Positions 7,185 through 15,443 of a stretch of 32,000 bases of DNA are shown one piece after another; within the stretch, counting starts at the first letter, position 1, and every line of letters starts with the position of its first letter. The position numbers and the translations under genes were made by a program. The notes beneath the pieces were generated by a model that saw only the letters and a list, made by a program, of their open reading frames with translations, searched no databases and had not been told where the DNA came from. This DNA is from Cupriavidus necator (GTDB taxonomy: Bacteria; Pseudomonadota; Gammaproteobacteria; Burkholderiales; Burkholderiaceae). The stretch spans positions 1,590,001-1,622,000 of the forward strand of contig NZ_CP066019.1 of assembly GCF_016127575.1 (NCBI RefSeq), given 5' to 3'.

Positions 7185-9479
7185 ATGCAAACCGCAACGC
7201 GCTCAGTCACCCTGGAGGGGCCGGCCGGCCGCTTCCGGGTCCGTCCGCTCGCCCTTCTCATGGCCGCCATCGGCGCGGGCACTCCGCTGCTGTCAGAAGC
7301 ACAGGAGGTGGCCGCCGGCGCCGCCGTGGCACAAACCGGGACGTCCGGTGCGGGGGCGAAGCAGGAAGGCCCGACCGCTAAGGCCGACGGCGGCGAGCTG
7401 AATGCGGTGGAGGTCAGGGTCGACCGGATCAAGAGCGATCTCGTCAGCCCGACGCGCCAGGTGACGGTGCTGGAGCGCGAGGAAATCGAGGAGCTGAAGG
7501 TGGGCTCCACCAATCTCGCGACCATGCTGAGCAAGCTGATCCCGGGCATGGCGGACTCCAGCCGCACGGTCACGGACTTCGGCCAGACGCTGCGCGGGCG
7601 CGGCACGCTGATCCTGGTGGATGGCATTCCGCTCAACACCAACCGGGATTCGGCGCGCAACCTCGCCACCATCGATTCCAGCAACATCGAGAAGATCGAA
7701 GTCATGCGCGGCAGCAGCGCGATCTATGGCGCCGGCGCCAACGGCGGCATTATCGCGATCACCACGCGGCCCGCGGGCGGCGCGCCCAGCGCGGATACCA
7801 CGGTGACGCTCGGCACCCCGCTGACGCGGCTGAGCAAGGAAGGGCTCAGCGCCAATGTCCAGCAGCATTTTTCAGGCAGCCAGGGGCCGATCGACTACGC
7901 GTTCCACCTCGGCGCGCAGCGTATCGGCGGCTCCTACGACGCGCACGGCCACCGCATCGCGCCGGAGCCCAGCCAGGGCGACCTGTTCGATTCCAACGTC
8001 TACAACGTCAGCGGCAAGCTGGGCTGGCGCATCGACAGCCAGCAGCGCATCGAACTGAGCGTGAGCCAGTACCAGGCCAAGCAGAACACCGACTACGCCT
8101 CCGATCCGTCGGTGGCCAGGCTGACGCCGGGCACCGCCGCGGCGCGGGCGATCAAGGGGCTGCAGCTGGAAAACCAGAACGAACTGCGCAACACCGTGGT
8201 CAATCTGGGCTACCAGAACCTGGACCTGCTCGGCAGCACGGTGTCGACGCAGATCTACTACCGCGACTACTTCACCCGCTTCCCCCCGTTCGATGCGCGC
8301 GCGGTGGCCACGCGTGGCGGCAATGTGGACCAGGTCAGCCAGAACAGCGACGTGTTCGGCGGGCGCCTGACCATCAGCACCCCGCTGGGTGCCGACAAGA
8401 AGACCAAGCTGCTGTGGGGCGCTGACTACAACCAGGAGCGCAGCGACATGCCGCTCGACGTGTTCGATCCGCGCGCCTACGACCAGAGCGGCGGGCTGGT
8501 CTTCAACAAGACCGGTTCGCTGACCTACATGCCGCCGCTGACCACCCGCAGCGGCGGGATCTTCGGGCAGCTTCAGCACAAGTTCAACGAGCAGTGGTCG
8601 ATGGAAGGCGGCGCGCGCTATGAACGCGCCAGCGCCACGTTCGACGACTTCGTGCCGCTGTCGCAATCGCGGGTCAGCAACCCGGTCGCGGTCCAGGGCG
8701 GCACCGTCAACTACGGCGCGTGGCTCTTCAATATCGGCGGTGCGTACGCGCCGGTGAAGAACCAGGAGTTCTATGCCTCGTTCGGCCAGGGCTTCCAGTT
8801 GCCCGATATCGGCCTGCAGATCCGCAATGCGCGGCCGGGCTTCAATATCAATTCGTCGAGCCTTGAGCCGGTCAAGACCAACAACTATGAAATCGGCTGG
8901 CGCGGCGCATTCGGCAATACGATGGCGAGCCTGGCGCTGTTCTACACCACCTCGCAGCTGGGCGACGTGCAGAGCTTCAACAACGGCCTGATCCTGACCC
9001 GGACCAAGGAACGCATCGCAGGCGTTGAGGCTTCCGCCGACTACCTGAGCGACAGCGAGACCTGGGGCGCCGGCGGCACGTTCACCTGGATCAACGGCCG
9101 CGAGCAGCCGCAAGGCAGCAGCAGCTTCCAGAACATGACGGGCTATCGCATCCCGCCGCTGAAGCTGACCGCCTACGTCCAGTACCGGCCGATCAGCACT
9201 TGGAGCAACCGCCTGCAGGTGACCTACTACGGCGGCCGCGACTACCGGCTCAACGACCAGAACAGCTTCGGGCGGCGCGAGGTCAGCAGCTACACCACCG
9301 TCGACCTGATCAGCCGCTACCAGGTCAGCAAGAAGGACACGATCACGGTGGGGATCGAGAACCTGTTCAACCGCTACTACTACCCGTTGTACAGCCAGCT
9401 GATGCGCAACAGCAATAACACCAGCCGCCTGCCGGCTGCGGGCATCACGCTGACCGCGATGTACCAGCACCGCTGGTAA
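7185..9479 (+). CDS. TonB-dependent outer-membrane receptor (siderophore/metal-chelate type)
   Basis: 764 aa. It has a signal peptide, a plug-domain signature 'LILVDGIPLNTNRDS...IEKIEVMRGSSAIYGAGANGGII', a long G/Y/N-rich beta-barrel-like region, and a C-terminal aromatic residue '...YQHRW'. Confidence 0.9.
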   Translation: MQTATRSVTLEGPAGRFRVRPLALLMAAIGAGTPLLSEAQEVAAGAAVAQTGTSGAGAKQEGPTAKADGGELNAVEVRVDRIKSDLVSPTRQVTVLEREEIEELKVGSTNLATMLSKLIPGMADSSRTVTDFGQTLRGRGTLILVDGIPLNTNRDSARNLATIDSSNIEKIEVMRGSSAIYGAGANGGIIAITTRPAGGAPSADTTVTLGTPLTRLSKEGLSANVQQHFSGSQGPIDYAFHLGAQRIGGSYDAHGHRIAPEPSQGDLFDSNVYNVSGKLGWRIDSQQRIELSVSQYQAKQNTDYASDPSVARLTPGTAAARAIKGLQLENQNELRNTVVNLGYQNLDLLGSTVSTQIYYRDYFTRFPPFDARAVATRGGNVDQVSQNSDVFGGRLTISTPLGADKKTKLLWGADYNQERSDMPLDVFDPRAYDQSGGLVFNKTGSLTYMPPLTTRSGGIFGQLQHKFNEQWSMEGGARYERASATFDDFVPLSQSRVSNPVAVQGGTVNYGAWLFNIGGAYAPVKNQEFYASFGQGFQLPDIGLQIRNARPGFNINSSSLEPVKTNNYEIGWRGAFGNTMASLALFYTTSQLGDVQSFNNGLILTRTKERIAGVEASADYLSDSETWGAGGTFTWINGREQPQGSSSFQNMTGYRIPPLKLTAYVQYRPISTWSNRLQVTYYGGRDYRLNDQNSFGRREVSSYTTVDLISRYQVSKKDTITVGIENLFNRYYYPLYSQLMRNSNNTSRLPAAGITLTAMYQHRW

Positions 9480-9615
9480 GGCTGCCGCCGGACGGCGCTG
9501 GCCTGGTCCCTTGACCGGCCGCGCCGTTTGCGCCGGGTTGGCGCAACGGCCGCGGAAGCGGCACGCCGGCGCACGGCGCCTCTCCCCGCTCCTATATCCT
9601 CCTGCGCAAGGGAGT

Positions 9616-9645
9616 TGATACAAACTGTATGCAATTTTTGTATCA
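9616..9645 (+). promoter_or_regulatory. 9-bp inverted repeat (candidate operator) in an AT-rich promoter-like patch
   Basis: TGATACAAA-N12-TTTGTATCA is a perfect inverted repeat. It overlaps a TTGATA -35-like hexamer (9615-9620), ~190 nt upstream of the NCS2 permease start. Confidence 0.45.
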
Positions 9646-9834
9646 CGGAGTGCTTATCCCTGCTATTCTTGCTCCCCGGTTGCGGCCTGGAATTGGATCC
9701 AGGCCACGCTCGCGGCAGGCGGTCTCCGCCTGCCCGTCAGCGCGCAATGACAGGGCCCGGGGGCAGCCCCTTCCCCGGCGCCAGAAGAACAAGACAGTCC
9801 GGAAACCTATCCGGCCAGACAACAGGAGACATGA

Positions 9835-11166
9835 ATGGCGCCCTTGCTATTCAAGGTGGAAGACCGCCCCCCTCGGCTGACGACGTTTTTGCTTGCGCTC
9901 CAGCATCTGCTGGCCGCCCTGGGCGGCATCATTGCGGTGCCGCTGGTCATTGGCGGTGCGCTGAAGCTGCCGCCGGACCAGGTCATTGCCCTGGTGAATG
10001 CGGCCCTGCTTGGCTCGGGCATCGTCACCATCATCCAGTGCAAGGGCATTGGCCCGGTGGGCATCCGCATGCCATGCGTGATGGGCACCAGCTTCGCCTT
10101 TGTCGGCGCGGCCATCAGCGTGGGCGTCGAACACGGCGTGGCTGGCATCCTGGGCTCGGCGCTGGCGGGTTCGCTGGTGATGATCCTGGGCAGCTTCTTC
10201 ATGCCGGCGATCCGCAAGCTGTTTCCGCATACCGTCACCAGCGTGGTAGTCACCATGATCGGCCTGTCGCTGATTCCGGTGGCCATCGACTGGGCCGCAG
10301 GCGGCCAGGGCAGCAGCCGCTATGGCGCACCCGGCAACCTGGCGATTGCCGTCGCGGTGCTGGCGCTGGTGGTCGCGGTGGTGCAGTGGGGCAAGGGCAT
10401 GCTGTCGGCCTCGGCCATTGTGGTCGGCATTGCCGGCGGCTACCTGCTCTGCCTGGCGCTGGGCCTGGTCGACTTCACCCAGTTTCACCAGGCGCCGATC
10501 ATCGCGGTGCCGCAGCCGCTGCACTTCGGGATGTCGTTCCCAATCTCCGGCATCGTCGCCATGTCGATCGCTTTCCTGGTGACCATCGTCGAATCCACGG
10601 GCACGTTCATGGCACTGGGCGCGGCCACGCAGCGGCCGATTTCCGGTAAATGCCTGTCGCGCGGCATCCTGTGCGATGGCTTTGGCTCGGCCTTTGCGGC
10701 ACTGGTGTCGAGCCCGCCGCTGTCCACCTTTGCGCAGAACGTCGGCGTGGTTTCGCTGACCGGCGTGGCCAGCCGCCATGTGGTCGCGCTGACCGGCGTC
10801 ATGCTGCTGCTGGCGGGGCTGTTCCCGGTGCTGGGCGCGCTGGTGGTGACGATTCCGCAGCCGGTGCTGGGCGGCGCCGGCCTGATGATGTTCGCGATGA
10901 TCGTGTCGGGCGGGATCCAGATGCTCAGCACCGTCAAGTTCACGCAGCGCAATACCCTGATCGTGGCCGTGTCGATCGGCTGCGGCCTGGCGGTGACGTT
11001 CCGCCCGGAACTGCTGTCCAAGCTGCCTGCCTTCGTCCATGAAGTGTTTGGCTCCGGCATCACGGTGGGCTCGCTGTCGGCGGTGATCCTCAACCTGCTG
11101 CTGCCCGGCGGCAAGGACGAGCCTGCCGAACAAGCCGGCCACGGCACCGTCGGCGAGGCTGCCTGA
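9835..11166 (+). CDS. nucleobase:cation symporter-2 (NCS2) family permease (xanthine/uracil-type)
   Basis: 443 aa and polytopic. 'LTTFLLALQHLLAALGGIIAVPLVIG' and 'ESTGTFMALG' are typical of NCS2 permeases. AGGAG at 9824-9828 lies 6 nt before the ATG at 9835. Confidence 0.85.
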   Translation: MAPLLFKVEDRPPRLTTFLLALQHLLAALGGIIAVPLVIGGALKLPPDQVIALVNAALLGSGIVTIIQCKGIGPVGIRMPCVMGTSFAFVGAAISVGVEHGVAGILGSALAGSLVMILGSFFMPAIRKLFPHTVTSVVVTMIGLSLIPVAIDWAAGGQGSSRYGAPGNLAIAVAVLALVVAVVQWGKGMLSASAIVVGIAGGYLLCLALGLVDFTQFHQAPIIAVPQPLHFGMSFPISGIVAMSIAFLVTIVESTGTFMALGAATQRPISGKCLSRGILCDGFGSAFAALVSSPPLSTFAQNVGVVSLTGVASRHVVALTGVMLLLAGLFPVLGALVVTIPQPVLGGAGLMMFAMIVSGGIQMLSTVKFTQRNTLIVAVSIGCGLAVTFRPELLSKLPAFVHEVFGSGITVGSLSAVILNLLLPGGKDEPAEQAGHGTVGEAA

Positions 11167-11196
11167 GCAGCCTGCCTTGAAGCCCGCGGGCGCGCG

Positions 11197-11790
11197 CTAG
11201 CGTGCGCCGCCTCGCGCGGCCGCCCCGCCCCCTGGCGCGGGCGCCTTCAGCAGCGGGTAGGGATTGATCGCCCCGCCCGCGGTGTAGACGCCATAGTGCA
11301 GGTGGGGCGGCGTGCCCCGCGCATTGCCGCTTGTGCCGACATAGCCCAGCACCGTGCCGGGCACAATCACGTCGCCGGCACGCACGCCGGCGTAGTCGTC
11401 AAGATGGGCGTAGTAATGCAGCTGGCGCCCGGGCCCCATCACCCACACCACCTTACCGCCCAGCTTGTTGGTGCCCACGCGCGTGACAATGCCCTCGGTA
11501 GCCGACACCACCGGGCGGCCGCGCGGCGCAAAGATATCGATGCCCTCATGCTTGCGTCCGCCGGAGCGCGCGCCGTGCCAGGTATCGCGCAGCGCGCCCG
11601 GGACAATGCCCTGGACCGGCACCGGCAATGCCACCGGCGCGGGGCGGACCGAGAGCCGGGCCACGTAGATCGCGCGTTCGAGTGGCGGCCGCAACCAGGG
11701 CCAGGCGAGCCAGATCAGGCCGATGCTCACCACCAGCCAGATCAGGCCGGCGAAAGCGCGGGGACGGGAAGACAGACGGGAGGCATGCAT
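11197..11790 (-). CDS. M23 family metallopeptidase (LytM domain)
   Basis: HxxxD motif 'HEGIDIF' and HxH motif 'PPHLHYGVY'. There is an N-terminal TM anchor. Confidence 0.85.
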   Translation of the reverse strand: MHASRLSSRPRAFAGLIWLVVSIGLIWLAWPWLRPPLERAIYVARLSVRPAPVALPVPVQGIVPGALRDTWHGARSGGRKHEGIDIFAPRGRPVVSATEGIVTRVGTNKLGGKVVWVMGPGRQLHYYAHLDDYAGVRAGDVIVPGTVLGYVGTSGNARGTPPHLHYGVYTAGGAINPYPLLKAPAPGGGAAARGGAR

Positions 11791-11949
11791 ATGCCTTCGA
11801 CGGCAGCCAGCCCCGCAAATTCCCCGTCAGGCGGGCCTGCGCGCCACATCAAACGGCCCCGGCACCACTTTCGAAAGCACTCTCCGGCCGAACCATACGG
11901 GCTGGCGCCGGTCATACCCTGACTGTTTTCACTGCAATGAGGAGAAGCA

Positions 11950-12249
11950 ATGGATTGTCCGGTGTGCCCGCAAACGCAACTCGTGATGTCCGAACGCCAG
12001 GGCATCGAGATCGATTACTGCCCGAAATGCCGCGGTGTCTGGCTGGACCGGGGCGAACTCGACAAGATCCTTGAGCGCTCCGTGGCAACCGCCCCGGCAC
12101 AGCAGGCGGCGCCGATGCAGCAAATGCCGCAGCAAACCCCGCCCCCGCGACAGGAATACCAGCGCGGCCATGGCGACCGCGACCGGTACTATGAGCGCGA
12201 GCAGAAGCACTATAAGAAGAAGAGCATCTGGCACGAACTGTTCGACTGA
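11950..12249 (+). CDS. TFIIB-type zinc-ribbon domain protein
   Basis: Two CxxC pairs, 'MDCPVCP...' and '...YCPKCRGVWLDRGELDKIL', followed by a Q/P-rich low-complexity tail. GAGGAG lies upstream of the ATG. Confidence 0.75.
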   Translation: MDCPVCPQTQLVMSERQGIEIDYCPKCRGVWLDRGELDKILERSVATAPAQQAAPMQQMPQQTPPPRQEYQRGHGDRDRYYEREQKHYKKKSIWHELFD

Positions 12250-12296
12250 AGCCGGATTGCTAGTGCCACTGGTTCCAGCACAACGTTTGTGTGCTC

Positions 12297-12318
12297 GCTC
12301 TCCCGCTTGCGGGAGAGC
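12297..12318. repeat. REP-like hairpin
   Basis: GCTCTCCCG-CTTG-CGGGAGAGC is a perfect 9-bp stem abutting the truncated end of the IS110 fragment. Confidence 0.5.
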
Positions 12319-12325
12319 AACCGTG

Positions 12326-12683
12326 TCAAGTCGGCATGCTGTCGAGCAATTCGACCTTGTTCTTCCACACGTCGCTGGTGCGCAGCTTGTGCGTCATGTC
12401 GATGTCGTGAGACTTAATGCGGGCGTCCAACCGCGCTATATGCTCCTTCAAACTCTTAAGTGCGACTGGCGGGGCAGTGGCAACCCATGCCTTCTCCTGC
12501 GCGCGCATCGCCACCAGTTGGCTGCGTCTATCCAGTAGATCGGCAAACTCGCGCTGCGCCTCGTCGGGCAGCGGCCGCGCCGGCGGGCGAATCTGCAGGG
12601 CGAAGCGTGCCAGTACCATCGCATCAAGCCGATCGGTCTTGGCCAGGATCCCGCAGGCCGAAGGCCCGGCTTGATGTCGTTTC
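12326..12683 (-). pseudogene. IS110-family transposase remnant (internal fragment only)
   Basis: The minus-strand translation '..LAKTDRLDAMVLARFALQIRPPARPLPDEAQREFADLLDRRSQLVAMRAQEKAWV...DVWKNKVELLDSMP' matches the conserved KTDxxDA / ARFA / RRRQLV central region of IS110 transposases. The N-terminal catalytic domain and the C-terminal part after 'LLxS(I/M)P' are both missing. A stop lies immediately upstream. Confidence 0.7.
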
Positions 12684-12707
12684 TAGCTAAACCACCCCTC
12701 ACCCCGG

Positions 12708-12731
12708 CCCTCTCCCCATGAGGGGAGAGGG
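12708..12731. repeat. REP-like hairpin
   Basis: CCCTCTCCCC-ATGA-GGGGAGAGGG is a perfect 10-bp stem, preceded by CCTCACCCCGG. Confidence 0.5.
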
Positions 12732-12810
12732 AGAACACCTTGCTTAGGCTAGTTCGGGCGGCTTTGGCGCACCCAAAACCGTTGGCTTGCTGTCTGGGTG
12801 CTCCCAGCCC

Positions 12811-14496
12811 TCACGCCGCCTTGCGCCGGCGCCGCGAAGCTTCCGCGGCAGCATCGCGCAACTCAGGCGGCAAGGCACGCAATTCCACGGTGAAGAAGGC
12901 ACGCTCGGCCGGCCGCAGCGCCGGCAACTGGGCGGCCAGCCGCTCCACCGCGGCACACGCTATGGCGGTAGCGCCTTGCTCGTGGGTGAGGTACCAGGCC
13001 GATTCGAGCAGCAGGTTGGCCAGCTGCAACGGCCCCAGCCTGACGTGGCCGGCGTCATGGTCTTCCAGCGCGAACGCAGCCACGGCGGACCAGCGCACGA
13101 AGCCCTTGGCCGGTGCGAACGGCGCGTGGAACGGCCGCAGTGCGTCGACAGCGTCGGCAACGGACAGCGGGCGCTGGCGGCGGAACGCGGCCATGCTGTC
13201 GTTGGCCCTGGCTGGCCGGTCGGACGGCGGGGTATCGGGCCCGCAGCTGCCGCGTGCGATGCGCAACAGGAAGATTGCGTTCCACGCCGTGCCACCGCCC
13301 ACGCCGAACCGGTCGCAGATCCACTCCGACAAGCCCAGCCAGCGCATCGCCTGCCGCTGCACCGCGCTGGCGGACAAGGTGCGCGCGGCATCGACCAGGC
13401 CGTGCTGCCAGAACAGCCACAGGCACAGGCCGATATTGGCCGCGGCATGCTGCACGGCGTCGACGGAATCCGCCTCGTAGGCGGCCTGCAGCGCACCGGC
13501 GAAGGTATCCAGCGCCAGCTGCGCGGCCCGCGCCGTGCCGGCATGACCGGCGCGCATGGCATCGGCCTTGTGCAGCAGCGCTTCGAGGTTCAGCACTTCA
13601 AAGCGCACGCGCGGGTTGTAGCGCACCACCAGGCGCAGTTCCGGATCGGACTGCAGCCCTTCCAGGCCGGCACGCGCGCCGTCGCTGTCACCGCGGGTAT
13701 AGCGCTCCCAGGCCCGCACGATATGCGCCATGGCGCAGAACGCGGGCGTCGCTGCGCCGGCCTCAGCCGCCTGCACCAGGCGGTCGACACGCCTGAGTGC
13801 CGCCCGGCTCTGATCGAGGCGGCCGCAGCGCCGCCACGCCAGGCTTTCCTTGAGCAATGACAGTGCTTGCTGGAATCCGTCGCCGGCACTGCGGCCTGCC
13901 GCGCGGAAGGACTCGGCCACGGCCGAGCCGTGCATGCCCGCGTGGCCGTCCTGCGCGCCGCGCATGGCCTGGGTCAGCTCGCTCCAGAAGGCCATGTCGC
14001 GCATCACGTAGCCGACGCCGTCCGGCTGGCCCGCCGGCGCCGCTTGCGGCCCCGTGGGAAAGCCAAGGCGGCGGGCCAGCGCGGCCGGGCCCAGCGTGCG
14101 CCCGTCCGCCACAAAGCGCAGGTGGCGCGCGCACGCTGCCGTGATCCAGAACGGCCCGCGGCTGCGCTGCGCCGGATTGGCCGCGGCCGGGTCGCGCTGG
14201 CGGTCGGCCCCCCATCCGACCACCACCTGCCAGCGCGCAAAGTCCGCGAACGCGCGCGACACCAGCATGCGCAGGTTGGCCGCCGTCGGGAAGGCGCTGC
14301 GCACCACCGCCGCGGTGACACCGCCCTCCCCGGTGCGATGCGCATGCCAGATGCGCGCCAGCAGCCAGACCGACTGGTAGCGCGCGGGTTGGCCGTCGAC
14401 CCGGTACGGGGCCGACACGTCGATATGGATCGGAGCAGGCGTGGCTGGCATCAGGTAGGCAGGGATCGAGTGAAAACCGCTGGTGGCGCCCGTCAT
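12811..14496 (-). CDS. large uncharacterised protein, candidate transcriptional regulator divergent from class D beta-lactamase (possibly Rp3-like)
   Basis: An uninterrupted 1.9-kb minus-strand ORF with protein-like composition; the antisense frames are R/G/P-rich. The in-frame codons upstream of 14496 include rare ata, gga, cgt, gtt, tgt and ttg, so the start is probably ATG 14496 (561 aa) or ATG 14451 (546 aa). The N-terminal 'YQSVWLLARIWHAHRTGEGGVTAAVVRSAFPTAANLRMLVSRAFADF' resembles an OmpR/SARP-type winged-helix segment. That resemblance is a tentative reading by eye. Confidence 0.65.
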   Translation of the reverse strand: MTGATSGFHSIPAYLMPATPAPIHIDVSAPYRVDGQPARYQSVWLLARIWHAHRTGEGGVTAAVVRSAFPTAANLRMLVSRAFADFARWQVVVGWGADRQRDPAAANPAQRSRGPFWITAACARHLRFVADGRTLGPAALARRLGFPTGPQAAPAGQPDGVGYVMRDMAFWSELTQAMRGAQDGHAGMHGSAVAESFRAAGRSAGDGFQQALSLLKESLAWRRCGRLDQSRAALRRVDRLVQAAEAGAATPAFCAMAHIVRAWERYTRGDSDGARAGLEGLQSDPELRLVVRYNPRVRFEVLNLEALLHKADAMRAGHAGTARAAQLALDTFAGALQAAYEADSVDAVQHAAANIGLCLWLFWQHGLVDAARTLSASAVQRQAMRWLGLSEWICDRFGVGGGTAWNAIFLLRIARGSCGPDTPPSDRPARANDSMAAFRRQRPLSVADAVDALRPFHAPFAPAKGFVRWSAVAAFALEDHDAGHVRLGPLQLANLLLESAWYLTHEQGATAIACAAVERLAAQLPALRPAERAFFTVELRALPPELRDAAAEASRRRRKAA

Positions 14497-14511
14497 GTTA
14501 CGCAAGTTACA

Positions 14512-14550
14512 GCCAACGCGGTTGGCCTTATCCGGACGCTCTCCTATGCT
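14512..14550 (+). promoter_or_regulatory. candidate bla promoter with an overlapping palindrome
   Basis: Palindrome GCCAAC-GCG-GTTGGC at 14512-14526. It overlaps a -35-like TTGGCC (14522-27), followed by a 17-nt spacer and a -10-like TATGCT (14545-50), ~54 nt before the bla ATG. A direct GTTAC..GTTAC repeat lies at 14497-14510. Confidence 0.35.
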
Positions 14551-14603
14551 GCGCACCACGGTCCGGGCCCGGATTGCCATCCCCTCAACTCTTCTGCAAA
14601 GCC

Positions 14604-15443
14604 ATGAACAAACATCTTGCTCGTCTGCTGACACCGATGGCGATCGGCTTCGGCCTGCTCGCCTCCACCCTGCCCGCCCTGGCGGCACCGAAAGAAGTCC
14701 CGCTGGATGCCGCGGCGCTGTTCCGCCAGGCCGATGCCACCGGCACCATGGTGATCTACGACCTGCGGCGCGACCGCATGCTGACCTACAACAAGCCGCG
14801 TGCGGCCACGCAGTACTCGCCGGCGTCGACCTTCAAGATCCTGAACTCGATGATCGGCCTGGAGAGCGGTGCCGTGGCCGACGTCGACCATGACAAGCTG
14901 CCGTGGGACGGCAAGGTCTGGCTGGTCGGCGGCAAGGCTGTCCTGCCCGACGCCTGCAACGCTGACGTGCCGCTGCGCGTCGCCTTCCCGAATTCCTGCG
15001 TGCCGGCCTACCAGGCGCTGGCGCGGCGGGTTGGCAGCGCGGCCTACCAGCGCTACCTGACCGCATCGCACTATGGCAATGCCAACAGCTCCGGCCAGGT
15101 CGACCGCTTCTGGCTGAACGGCACGCTGCAGATCTCCGCCTACCAGCAGATCGACTTCCTGAAGGGCGTGGTACAGCGCACGCTGCCGTTCTCCCCGACC
15201 ACCTTCAAGGCCGTGGACGACATCACTGTGATGGAGCGCACCGCCGGCTACACCCTGCACGCCAAGACCGGGTGGGCCGATTCGGCCAAGCCCGCAGTGG
15301 GCTGGCTGGTGGGCTGGGTTGAGCGTGGCGACGACGACTACCTGTTTGCACTCAATCTCGACATGGTGCAGCCCGAACACGCCAAGGCGCGCATGGAGAT
15401 TGCGCGCGCGGCGCTGCGGCAGGCGGGGGCGTTGCCGGATTGA
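14604..15443 (+). CDS. class D (OXA-type) beta-lactamase
   Basis: All class D motifs are visible: S-T-F-K ('PASTFKILNS'), S-x-V ('NSCVPAY'), Y-G-N ('HYGNANS'), 'FWLNGTLQIS' and K-T-G ('HAKTGWA'). Signal peptide is 'MNKHLARLL...LPALAAP'. The track ORF starts at 14574; ATG 14604 gives the signal peptide. Confidence 0.9.
   Translation: MNKHLARLLTPMAIGFGLLASTLPALAAPKEVPLDAAALFRQADATGTMVIYDLRRDRMLTYNKPRAATQYSPASTFKILNSMIGLESGAVADVDHDKLPWDGKVWLVGGKAVLPDACNADVPLRVAFPNSCVPAYQALARRVGSAAYQRYLTASHYGNANSSGQVDRFWLNGTLQISAYQQIDFLKGVVQRTLPFSPTTFKAVDDITVMERTAGYTLHAKTGWADSAKPAVGWLVGWVERGDDDYLFALNLDMVQPEHAKARMEIARAALRQAGALPD

Noticed and set aside
7872-9623. 583-aa minus-strand ORF opposite the TonB-dependent receptor
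   Set aside because: It is antisense to a receptor with plug and barrel signatures. Its composition is A/R/V/G-rich with no motifs.
9847-11142. 431-aa minus-strand ORF (and the 220-aa ORF at 10485-11147) opposite the NCS2 permease
   Set aside because: The translation is R/H/D/Q-rich and low-complexity, and it lies antisense to a convincing permease.
12448-12738. 96-aa minus-strand ORF 'MFSLSPHGERAGVRGG...' and other small ORFs across 12417-12738
   Set aside because: They read through the REP-like hairpin and the IS110 remnant in the wrong frame. This is a typical spurious call on repeat DNA.
12787-14607. Plus-strand ORFs 12787-13860, 13113-13796 and 13867-14607 opposite the large regulator-like gene
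   Set aside because: They are fragmented into several frames and are R/G/P/A-rich. The minus strand has one uninterrupted frame with balanced composition, including W, F, Y, L and E.
14497-14688. Upstream in-frame extension of the regulator-like ORF (starts at 14688 or 14580), which would overlap the bla promoter and start
   Set aside because: The codons in 14497-14580 include several rare ones (ata, gga, cgt, gtt, tgt, ttg) and show visibly lower third-position GC than the downstream part. The extension would also overlap the bla coding start.
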